A stretch of 37,495 bases of DNA from Choristocarpus tenellus KU-1152 (taxonomy: Eukaryota > Protista > Phaeophyceae), in NCBI GenBank assembly GCA_964200185.2, contig CAXNAD020000038.1:1-37495 (forward strand), in the 5' to 3' direction. The position numbers and the translations under genes are program-made. Shown here in pieces: positions 26,332 to 37,208 of the stretch (its first letter is position 1; each line of letters starts with the position of its first letter). Below the pieces are notes generated by a model. It was given only the letters and a program-made list of their open reading frames with translations. It did no database searches and was not told the origin of the DNA.

Positions 26332-26835
26332 GTTGTTTATGGATGTTTGTATGCCATGTGGGACCCGTTGTGAATTCGTCCTTGTTGTTAGCCACGCCAA
26401 AGGTCAACCATCTGCAGCACTCCCACCGTCATTTACTATCGTCGACCGAGGCTGTCGAGCCTTCAGCTAACAACCATAGGATTATTTATCCTTTGAACAA
26501 CTACCAACATAGAAAACTCTTGTGTTTTTGGTTTGTAGAGTAATAATTTGGACTTGTAAGGGTTGACACCCACAATAAGAAACTATCATGTTGATCTTCT
26601 TTCAAAATCAGGTTTACAATAAAATTTAGTGGAATATTTTGAATTGGTTTCAGGTACGTGTTCTGACTAGTGTTTACTATGTCCTACTATCAAGTTAACC
26701 CTGACGACCTGTGCAAGTCCAGATTTTGCGTATTCTTGAGTTGCTGAGGTGGTGAGTGAGGTATGTAAGCCTGATTACTGGGCGCACAACCTCGGGAAAC
26801 TTCTATCGAGAGAGATTGTGAGTGACTGCTCAATC
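26332..26835. promoter_or_regulatory. Shared divergent (bidirectional) promoter/5'UTR region
   Basis: 504 bp between oppositely oriented start codons, with an AT-rich core flanked by CpG-rich first exons. Confidence 0.6.
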
Positions 26836-27327
26836 ATGAAAGGACCACAAGCTCGTGTATGGAACTTCCTTTTCTTGTTGGTGCTGTCAAATAGGGCGGC
26901 GGTGGTACAGGGTTTTGCCATGAAGACTGTTGCTCCTACGTGCAATAGAAATGACACACCTTTTGGTCGCGGGGCGGCCCTTCGAAAAGCGGCGATGGGT
27001 ATCTCGGCTTCCCTCTATCTTGGGGCACCCGCTGCACAGGCTATGAGTCCCAAGCAAAAGGCAGAGGAGCTCTATCGCATTTGGAATCAATTAGAAGCAG
27101 ACGAAGGACTGGGTGAGTTAGCCTCACCGGAGGGAGGAAAGACGATTCCACCAGTACTGGCGCTGATTCCGATCGTGAGACTACGACTCATCCTAGACAT
27201 TATAGACTCAAAACTCCACGACCAAGCAAGCTGGGAAGACGCGGCAAGGATTTTAGCTGGCGAGGACTTCAAGAAGAAAAACTTCAAGCGGGCCTTTAAC
27301 GCCTATAGCGACAACATATATTATTTG
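26836..27327 (+). CDS. Exon 1 of a nuclear-encoded plastid (probably thylakoid lumen) protein of unknown function
   Basis: ATG at 26836. Signal peptide ends VQG|FAM (ASAFAP-type), followed by a transit peptide and a basic-hydrophobic-AQA segment; donor TTG|GTGAGA. Confidence 0.85.
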
Positions 27328-27972
27328 GTGAGAAGATAGTTGTTTCAGGGATAAAGATGCAAAGATTGGTTACATATCGATCTATTTCAAGTGTGGGCGT
27401 TAGGCGCTAGAACGAAAATCTGTGCATCTCTCAAGTACCCCTTATATGTAGTGCTGTATCCTACGAACCCCAAAACCCGCGACGTAGAGGCAAACTGTAC
27501 TTCTAGATGAGATAAGCCTTTTGCACGGGCATGGGGAATGGTTCTTGGACTCGCCATCTTACCCAACTATCCCTTTGGTACCCACCCTCCTTCATATCCT
27601 TTCAAAGTAATACAAAACAAGGAGCTCACCGCAGGTGGGTATGTGGAGATCCTGCCTGAAAGCGTTTTTCGAGATTATCTAAAACTTTTTTCGTTAAGGA
27701 AATCACTGAGACTGAGATTGAGCATTCAGGAACAACCCTTTAGATAGTTGGATACTATTGCATTGTCTGTGAAGTGTACAGCAACCGTTCAGACAAACTG
27801 CAATGCTTTGTAATGTAGGCGATAAAAACCGTAGATAGAATGAAACAGCTCTACTGCACAACTCTCCTTTGACCATCATAGAAAGGATGTGCCGTGATTG
27901 GGATGTCATCCATGGATCACATCAACAATCCTGCAGTCCCACACTCCCCCCAAACCCCTCGACCACCTCCAG

Positions 27973-28338
27973 CCGGGCTCTGATCGAGAAAACAAGTACC
28001 TGCAGGGTGGAGCGACCCCGAGTACTCGCCAAACACTGCAATACCTCCTGAGGAATGAAGCTATTGACAACATTGATGGACTCAGTGCTGAGGTCAACTA
28101 TCTTATTCGAGAACGAGGAGAGGTGACTGTCCAGGCAGGAGAGTCTGAAGGGCAGAAGGGGGCAAAGGAGACAAGTACTGGGGAGGGGGGAGGGGGGGAC
28201 CTAGATACCACAGACATGTGGTACTACCTCTCCAAGGCAAAAGAAAGCTTTGATCGCTATCTGGGCATGGTTACTGCGTCTGAGGTGGATGGGGCTAGAG
28301 CTTATGCAAAGATGAATCTAGAGACTAAGCCCTTGTAA
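27973..28338 (+). CDS. Exon 2 of the same gene (about 285 aa in total)
   Basis: CTCCAG|CCG acceptor, phase 0. The join reads AFNAYSDNIYYL|PGSDRENKYLQGGATPSTRQTLQYLLRNE and ends at TAA 28338. Confidence 0.85.
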   Translation, partial: PGSDRENKYLQGGATPSTRQTLQYLLRNEAIDNIDGLSAEVNYLIRERGEVTVQAGESEGQKGAKETSTGEGGGGDLDTTDMWYYLSKAKESFDRYLGMVTASEVDGARAYAKMNLETKPL

Positions 28339-29663
28339 AAGGAAGGAATCTATTATCCTGAATGCCGGAGGTGAAGAAGGGTTCCGAGCTGTTGGAAGAG
28401 GGATTTTGAACAGGTGTCGGAAACAGCAATAGAGCCTTTTTCAGTTGAAAACATTTTTGTCTCGATCCAAGATTGTAGCAGTTATTCCGTCTAGGAGAAG
28501 CACCTCCAAGTTTGAGAGTAGAACTACAAACTAAATGATTAAGCTGGACATCTTAAAGTTGATTGTACTTATATTTTATGCACTCTCTTCATGATATTAT
28601 GCTCATAGTGGAGTTTTCATCTGTGACACGGTGTGCATAGTGTGATGAAATCTTCACCCTTCAGGTTCTTTGTGCATTGTGTTGTACTCCTGTAATTACA
28701 GAGTTTTTGCCTGATCAGTGACATACAGACTACTCCAATTTAGCATCAAATTGTGTTAAACACCCCTCTCTTTCTTGGTGGCATTATCACCTTCTCCTTT
28801 GTGCTTGCATAAGAAAAAACAATGACAAAAGTGTCTTCAGTGCACTTCGAGCTATGTCATGTTTTGGTGCTACTATACAACTTGGAAGTTAATAAATACT
28901 CCAAATACTTAACAGTAGTGGCTTTATTGTACTAGAGTGATGTATTGAAGCCAAGAAGAATCAAGAGGTTACTACCAGTAATATAGGATACAAATTCGAT
29001 TATTGCCTATTTGATAAAAGGAAAAGCTGTCCTCATTTTTGAGAAATATTTATCCTGCCTTCTTCAAAGTAGGTCTGCACTTCTCATAGTGGCAGGCGGA
29101 ATGCCTCTTCTTGGAGAGACTGCTGTTGCCACATTGAGTAGGGGGATCTGCACCTATCAAAAAGGATGAATACTGTTACCTCTGTTGTAACTATTTGGTG
29201 AGAAAAGGAGGTGACGTGAGGACGCCTTGAAATGTGTTCTTGTGAACCAATATCAGTTATTTATTGTCGCAAATGCCCAGTGCTGGTGTTCCACAGTTCG
29301 CTGTATGCACACCCGTTGGTATCTCATTTTTTGATATCCAGTAGATGTGCCGCAGGTGAAGCACAAAGTGGATCAATCTCGAGCATAGATAAAGGGGACA
29401 TTTTAAATGCGATCGTAGTATTGGTATGTTCAGAAGACATGGATGGAAGAACCGTGTACCACCCGTGGAGAAATTGTACCTACTATCTCCAATGTATCAC
29501 GCATGAAATTAAAATTAATACGATAAACTACCGCCATGAAATTCTGAACAATTCCTCGTCGCCTAAGCAACCGTACTTCTTGTTAGTGGATGTCGGAGAG
29601 TAGGCAGAACAAAAGCGTTTCTTGTTGACACTCCCAAAACCATCTCAAAACACTGAGCAAAAC

Positions 29664-32600
29664 CTAGGTTCTGCCCCTATCCCCATCATTGTAACTATGG
29701 TTGTGGGATGAAACGTCCCTTGGGGAAATGGACCTGGCCGAGCTACAGATGGATCTGCTTGTGGCTGGTTGAGTGAAGAAAGTATGGGCATGTGCATTGC
29801 CAGAAGGATGGCGTGCAGGAAATGGACTACGCATTAGGTGCCGGTCGTCACCCACCGTGAATAGTAGCACCTGAGACACAGTGTATGGGTTTTGTGGGAA
29901 TGGATTGGGAGGAAGGAGGAGACCAGGCAAAGGCTATTAGTTTGGAGTTTATTTGGAAACAGCAATTGATGTGGTGGGATTTGAGGGATACCATCGAAGA
30001 GGGGTGTGCAATTGAGTTTTTTTTTAAGGCCACAAGGACTGCCTTGTGGTACATGTGTTTTGAGTGAAAGTATCTTAGAGGGTACGAGTTTTTCCCTGTT
30101 TGTCCATTTGGGGCTTGGCTTACCATAGGTTTTTTTATGACATTTTACTACTCCAAAATGTTTTGGAGTAGGTATAATGTATACATTATGAAAAGGTGTG
30201 TCCAGAACAAGGATATTGACATTTACTAACAAACAAGATAGCCAAAATTACATCAAAATCGCAACATTGGATTTTGGACCCCAAATGGACACGGCCTTAT
30301 CCTCTAAGATACTTTGGTTCTTTTGAGCACTGTGAAAGGCACTCTCAGCTAAAAAGTATATTTGTAACCACAATTTGATCTTCTTCAGCCATATCCTCCT
30401 AACGAGGGATAACTTCATTGGAGGTGTGGGTATAGTTTATGTTGCACAAGATCCAACAGGGCTTTGGAACCCCTTGAAGGGTCAAAATTGACTCCTCCAA
30501 TAAGGTGGTTTGCTTATGTGGACAACACGTGGTTCAATGGCGTCATATTAGATCTTAGTCCAGCCTACGTAGAGGTTTGATTTGCCCTTCTAGGAAAAAA
30601 TAGTGCTACTGGAAGAACATGAGCGGGTAACGTTCAGGGCACATAGAAGAAGACATCACCAAAATTGCTATAAGCCCGACAACCAATCTGAACAATTTCC
30701 TCACACTTAACTCTAGCCTTTACACACACCTTGCTGTAATCAGGCCCCCTTGACAACGGAGTATCTTCTTTTTGTGTGCCCTGACCCACAAACATATGCC
30801 CTCCTTCTGTTGCCTGGTGCTTAAGGCGAACACTATCTCCCTCGCTGCCCCCTTTGATTTTGCCATGTTTTTTCCCTTTAATACCTCCTTCCCGATCGCT
30901 GAAACCCTGGTCTACAAGTGGCTCCCCCCTACCCCCACCAGGTGGACTCCCTTTGCCAAGAGGTGAAGTAGAGTGGAAGAGGGAGTAGGGTGGGGAGCTG
31001 TTACCCACTAGGGGCTGGAAACGGCAACCTCCTGATCGTTCCCCTTTTTGGTGCCCGCTCTGGGAAAGGGATACGCGCTTTGCAGGGGAGTTTGTACTGC
31101 AGTGACAGGCCCTCCTCCTCGCATGGTTAACTGAGGGGGCTGTAGGGGCAGATCCCCCAGTCGACCATGTTTTCCACCTTTGATTCCATCCAGCACTGCC
31201 TGCAGCAGAGAGCGGTACAGATTCTTGAAAGGCAGAGTACAGGTCTGAAGGGGTCGGTCCCCAATCACGCAACTCCCTGTAGGACGCTGTCTGGCAGGCG
31301 ACTTCACGGGTTCGGCGCCTCTTGACACGCCGAACAGCTGGTTCCTGAACAGATTAGCGTAAAGGAGAAGAGCCAACACCGATGCAAGGACAGAGTGAAA
31401 GTATCTTAGAGGGTACGAGTTCTTGCCCTGTTTGTCCATCTGGGGCTTGGCTTCCCATGGGTTTTTTATGACATCTTCCTACTCCGATTTTTTTTCCGGA
31501 ACTGGTACAATGTCATACGTTTTGGTGTAGGTTTCATGTATAAAACCACGAGAACGTGTAGATAGATAACAAGGATATTGACACTTCCTAACAAACACGA
31601 TGGCCAAAATTCCATCAAAACCGCAACAATGGATTTCGGCCCCCCAAATGGACGCGGTTGTACCCTCTACGGTACTTTTACTAGGAGAAAGTTCTGAGAA
31701 ATGGGGAATTTTTTCGAACTTGGGTGGAAATCAGTTGGAACAAAACACAGTAGATGTGTATATGAGGTACTCTGGAATATACTTTTTCAAGGTGGAGGGA
31801 ACATGTCACATTTTGTGCTTTTGTTTCTGGGTCGATTTAGGGTTAGGGCAGTGTTTGAGATAGAGTGAGGGGGTGGATTGATTGGCAGTAGGAGTGGTAG
31901 TAGAATGAGAAAATGCTCAAGGAAAATGATTGTGTATTTTTTGTGAAAGGGTTGGCTGACTCTCCATTGTGGTGGGTAGTTGGGTAAACTGAAACCTCCT
32001 CCTGTTTAAAACGCTCAAACTCTGAGTATATCCAAGGTTTGGAAACGTTCCAAACGTGTTGACAGGGGTGAAGGGCCGACAAAGACAGTAGTAACAATTG
32101 TGTATCATCATCTAATCAGGTCATGAGGATTGAGCTCAACCTTGGGTGGAAGACACATCCCTGGACGCAGACTGCATAAGACAGAGTTCCAGAAGCAGGT
32201 ATATGCTGACACTCACAATTGCTTTTACTAGATCCAATGATATTCTACCACTGCCAAACTATTATTCATAGGCCTTTGATACTAAAAGAGTCAAGAAGAG
32301 ATTTCAAAGTTTGACAGTATCTAAGAAAACTTTCAGAAAAAAATTGAGGGCAAATGGATGCAGAGGGAGGGGGAAACTCTCACGGGGTGATGAATACATT
32401 ACCTGTACCATCTCTCCTCAATATACAGACTTGAAAAGATATATTCTACTCTTTCAAGGTTCTATATGAAACTGAATCCATATTTGAATGGAATAGGACA
32501 TATGAGAGCGAGTAAAAGGAAGAAGCACTAGACCTCATGCCAATTCCACACTTCCTCATGTATGTCAAATAAATTTCTTGGGGAGGGATAAGGTGACGCA

Positions 32601-35600
32601 CAGATATATCCGATGATGCAACCCTGTTTTTGGTGCTCCCTGCATTACAGCAATGAGATCACAGCATTCAGGGTAGCAAGCCTATGTACAAGGGGGGGAT
32701 TGAGAAAAAGACACCTCTATGTGCACCAGTGTGATATGAGAGCTATAGGTTGAAATATATTTATGCTTCAAATACAATTTTAGCAATGTATGGGCTTGAA
32801 TCTACTCATCTCCCCGTGACGTATCTCGTACTCAGTACCCACTTTATTATATGCAGCATGACATGGGTAGAGCATCACATAACGCCATCATATAAAAAAA
32901 ATATCTGGTGCATTTCCTTGGAGATGGCTCAAAGTGTCTGCAGGGGGGTGTCGGCTGTCCCTTTGGAGCCAACTTTCTCATATTGCGATTTTTGGGTGAA
33001 TTGGTTGCATACATCGAATGGATAATGAAAGTAGACCTTTCCTGGTTATGCCCAAATGGATATCCTGGTGTAGACCCCCCCACCCCCCCAAGATACTTTG
33101 GGTCAGATACAAAGAAGAAGAGGCAGATCCTATGGTGACTGAACACTTACAATGCCTGCATACAATGAACATGAAAAATAGCCAAAGGTCAAAAAAATTT
33201 CTTAGGGTCCAGCCTATGCCTTTCCAACCCATTGAGCTTGTCAATATGGAGTATGAGAGTACACTGTTTCAAAAAAATTCTGGACACTCACAAGTAGGTC
33301 CCAGGATGGTATCCCCGTCAATTGCTTGTCTGACCACAAGCTGAGGGTATCCCCTTCCTGTTGTCGCTCCCTGCCCCTGACCCCCCTCCCCCCTCTACCT
33401 CGCCCCCCTGCCCTGCCACCTCCCCAAAGCTCCTCTCCGTCTATGCTTCCTGCATCGCTACATTTCCCTCCTCTATTAGCTACCCTTTTCTCCTCTTTGT
33501 CATTGTTGCAGCTACTAGTAATCCCAGCCAGTGCTGGGAGACTAAGGATTTCGGGCTTGACTGGTCTTGGGGTTACTGGCTGCATATGGAGAAGGTGCAA
33601 TTGAAGCATGAAAAAATGGAAGTAAGGTGGCTTTATGAACTCAGAGTAAAAAAACACTATATTAAATCACGCAGCTAATTGTAGCAATGATGGTCTAGGG
33701 GGATAGAAATGCTAAAGATATATGAATAGCTTCGATTTACACATGCTATTGTTTTTAGTGTTTTGTGTTCTGATTCATCTAGGAATCTCAATGGACTGGT
33801 GTGGCTGGGTGGGTGGGTTGGACCTCATGCTGAACCGACATTATAGTAAAATTCAAAGAGCAAACCTGTGTATCACCATACATTTCTTCATGCTTGAATG
33901 TATCTATGCCCTATGGACATAGAAAACTCCAAATATCGGCATTACCAACCTCTCTGAAAACATGTAGTTACGACCACTTCATGTCCCAACCTTAACTATA
34001 GCCTTCCTTCTCTACCGCTACCACTGCCACCACCTCCATCATCATCACAACTTCACTGAAAGGTTTGTCACATCATACCTCCACCATGACCTGCAGCTTG
34101 GACAAAAATAGTCTCATCAATGCCTGTGCCACCTCTACATCCTTGAGGATAACATCGTCATCTGGCACGGGATCATCCTCGGGCCACAACAGAAGGTATT
34201 CCTCATTCCCATTTGTGATTAACCTAGTAGCTTCTTTCACCAGTCTCTTCTGCTTGCCACCATGTGCTACCTGTGGCACCTCTTTGCTTTCCCTGATCTC
34301 TTCAGGGGCCCCCTTCTCCCCATGTGTTGCTCTTCCAGAAAGCTCGGACTCAGCTCCAGTTTCAACACATGTGATTGGCTCTGCTCCCTCCCTGTTTTCT
34401 TGAGTTACCTCACCAGCACCTTCTTGCACTCCCCTAGAGTTGGACTGCATATCATTAATATCATGCACAGCATGAATTACCGCTGGACTGTTGATGAGGT
34501 TAGATGAGGAGAAGGGGGGCAAGACTGATGCAGTAGCATCGGAAGTAGTAGTACTTTCCACTGTGGAGGCATCTACAAAATCTGGAGCTTGTGGGTAGGC
34601 TGCCGTTGACCCTATGTCTTTGTTCTCATGGCTGTTGGAAACCCTCTCCCTTGCACTGGCATCCTCATGGCACCATGCCAACAACCTTAGGTATGACAGA
34701 AGTTCGGGGGTGATTTTGAGATGGAGGAAGCCCACCACAAGACAATGCAAAAATAGGGTGAAGTACCCAAGGAGGATGCGGAAAATGCGGAATTGGTTGG
34801 TTATCGAAGTGAAAGGAGGGGGTTGAAACCTCCGAAATAAGAGACATTGGTATTTTCTGGCGTATCAGGGGGGAGGGTGCCTCATGCACTCAAACTGTCG
34901 ATAAGTTTGCCAGTTGATGTGATATGCAGCACCTCTCAGAATAGTACCCTCCACCAAAAATTTCCGTTGTTGGCTTTGAAGATTACACAATCAGTGACCT
35001 ATCAGCAAGTGATTTCAGAAACCTTTGAGTATAACTTGGTTCCAATCTGAGTCAAATTATCTTAGAGGGTAGAGCCGCGTCCATATGGGGACCCAAATCC
35101 AATGTTGCACTTTGATGTAATTTTGTCTATCGTGTTTATTAGGAGATGTCAATATCCTTGCTTTAGACACACTTTCAGACACACTTTTCATAGCGTATAC
35201 ATTTTACCTACTCCGAAACATTTTGGAGTAGGTAAAATGTCATTAAAGACCCGTTGGGAAGCTAACCCCCAAATGGACAAACGAGGAAAAACTCGTACTC
35301 TGAGATACTTTCACTTATCTGCTTAGCCTGATCTCGTCTGCTTCTTGTCCAATACAATCTTCCTTATTTACTGCTGTCGATTTTGAACAATGTTTGACCA
35401 CGTTCGAGCATGTTATATGCAAAAATAAAAAAAATCGACAAATTGTTTATTCATCATTGCATCAGGCATCGAACCAATGTGTGCCAACCAATCGATTTTA
35501 CAAATCGTTGAAATAATCAATCAATCAAACCCTGCTCTTGCAATATATATATAGAGCAGTTGCTTTTCATATTTACCAGGGTTTTTTTTTTGGTATGAAG

Positions 35601-37208
35601 ATTACATAACTGTCCCTTTGGAATCATGTCTCGCCTGGTTAGTGCAGCTCTTAGTTCTAGGGTCCGCACGCGTTCATCCTCAGCTTCCCTGGCCTTGAGG
35701 TTTGTCTCTTCAACGAGGGATCGGACAGCAGAAATAGCTGCCTCCTTCTTCCTCAGCTATATTTGTTTGGGAGAAATATTTTGTGAAATTTGGGCAGAGG
35801 GCGGTGATCACAAGTATTGCTCAAGAGCTAGATGGAAATTTTCTGATTTTTTTCACTTCTTGCAGCTTCTAAAGCAGGAAATATGTCGTGGTCCTTGTTA
35901 ATGTTGCCTTCCATTGTTACATGATGTTTTGTGGACTGTTGCCAGCTTAAGAAAGGTGAGAACCCTGGTGTTGAGCGGGTGCCTAGGAAGGTGAAGTGGT
36001 CAGGCAATTGACTTCCTGGCCTTTCATCAAGATGTGGCCCTCTCTCAATGTCTTTTCATCTCAAGGTCTGATTTTTTCTAGTCCCACTCAACCAACTCCC
36101 AACCACCACCCACCACAATCCTACACGGCACATTCCATACCCCACACCTCTTCATGTAGGTTCAGCATCTCTTGTCTCTCCTCCGCAGACATACCCGCCA
36201 GCTTGTGACACAGGCTTGGCCAAGCTGTCTTCCCTCCCTGGAGACTCATATTCTCCTGCAGCTAGTTTAGGTCGAGTTTAGGGTAACATTTGGGATTGAG
36301 CTCATGGAAAGTGATGGCACAGCTGAGGTGGAGTAGATTCAGGATTGAGAAATATCCTAGAGGTCAACAAAATTTGGAAGTTGAGGCTGCTATGAGTTAC
36401 TATGAATTACTATGAGCAGCACATGTTCCAAGTGCCATAAGGCACTATAGGGTGCATCAAATGTGAATTGGATTTTCTTCAAGGGGCACGCCATTCATGC
36501 AGCATTGTTTCTCCATCTATTGGGAGATGCACACAACATTTCAGCAAGTATGGAGAGGTCTTCTGGCGATGTGCACCGAATTTGGAGCCAAGAAAGCCTT
36601 GTTCAAGGAAGGAGGATGAATGGGGGGGACACGAATGTAGGGTGGGAGGGTGGCTATAGTAACTCCAAGAATCATGGTCTCCGAACTGGGGATGAGAGCA
36701 ATTAAGACCCTAACCTTCACCCAAGGAAACCAGGAACAAAGAACCAAGAACTGATTCAGAATTGTTCTAGAAATGCCCCTCTCTCTTTTTTCAAATAAAA
36801 GAATTATCGTTGATTTTAATTGCCCGGAGTGGCGATGTTGGTATACATTCAGACAGAATAACCTACAATACCTGCCACTACTATGAACACCCCTGCACCT
36901 CAATGGCAATCCAATTTATATTTTTTTCACTTGGTCACCTTCACCTTCCACAAGCTGTGCGCATCACTTCTCCCCACAAAACGGGTAGATCACACCACTA
37001 CTCCCTCCCTATCTCCCATGTCTGTCTAATCCCCTGCCCCCCTCAAACTCACCTTGCCATACAAGCAAAGGATGATTCGTTGTAGGAGGTGACTGCGCTT
37101 TGCTAGTTCTTGCACAGCATGCCTGGCCGAGCCAGTCTTTGCAAGGAGAATGGTGTTGGCCTCTAGAAGTTGGGTACCTGTGTGAGTCAAACTTTCCACC
37201 TCTGCACA
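29664..37208 (-). CDS. Multi-exon hypothetical protein (coiled-coil segment followed by low-complexity C-terminus), 5'-partial
   Basis: Phase-consistent exons: 37053-37208, 36148-36261, 35635-35756, 34079-34685, 33292-33579, possibly 32141-32171 and 31996-32021, then 30730-31344 and 29664-29870 (stop). LRKKEAAISAVRSLVEETNLKAREAEDERVRTLELRAAL looks coiled-coil. No family recognised. Confidence 0.65.
30062..30320 (+). mobile_element. MITE copy A (Sola2-like non-autonomous DNA transposon)
   Basis: TIRs GAGTGAAAGTATCTTAGAGG...CCTCTAAGATACTTTGGTTC; flanking TTTT/TTTT; central hairpin; homologous to copies at 31393 and 35049. Confidence 0.85.
31393..31683 (+). mobile_element. MITE copy B, same family, with extra internal sequence
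   Basis: Starts GAGTGAAAGTATCTTAGAGGGTACGAG and ends GTACCCTCTACGGTACTTTTACTA; colinear with copy A; TSD not preserved (GACA/GGAG). Confidence 0.8.
32926..33104 (-). mobile_element. Shorter, diverged relative of the MITE family (copy D)
   Basis: GGCTCAAAGTGTCT...AGATACTTTGGGTC flanked by a perfect AGAT/AGAT TSD; shares the CCATTTGGG and AAAATCGCAA blocks. Confidence 0.7.
35049..35316 (-). mobile_element. MITE copy C, inverted relative to A and B
   Basis: GAGTCAAATTATCTTAGAGGGTA...TACTCTGAGATACTTTCACTT; perfect ATCT/ATCT TSD; 16-bp perfect internal stem. Confidence 0.85.

Noticed and set aside
30634-31272. Stand-alone 212-aa gene or TE ORF
   Set aside because: Better explained as host exon 30730-31344, with branch point, acceptor and donor in phase with neighbouring exons.
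32387-32475. C/D box snoRNA (GTGATGA...CTGA)
   Set aside because: It is antisense to the host transcript, the terminal stem is weak, and no rRNA guide was recognised.
32847-33146. KYLGG (here and at positions 1-20) as a LINE RT motif
   Set aside because: It is simply the translation of the MITE terminal inverted repeat.
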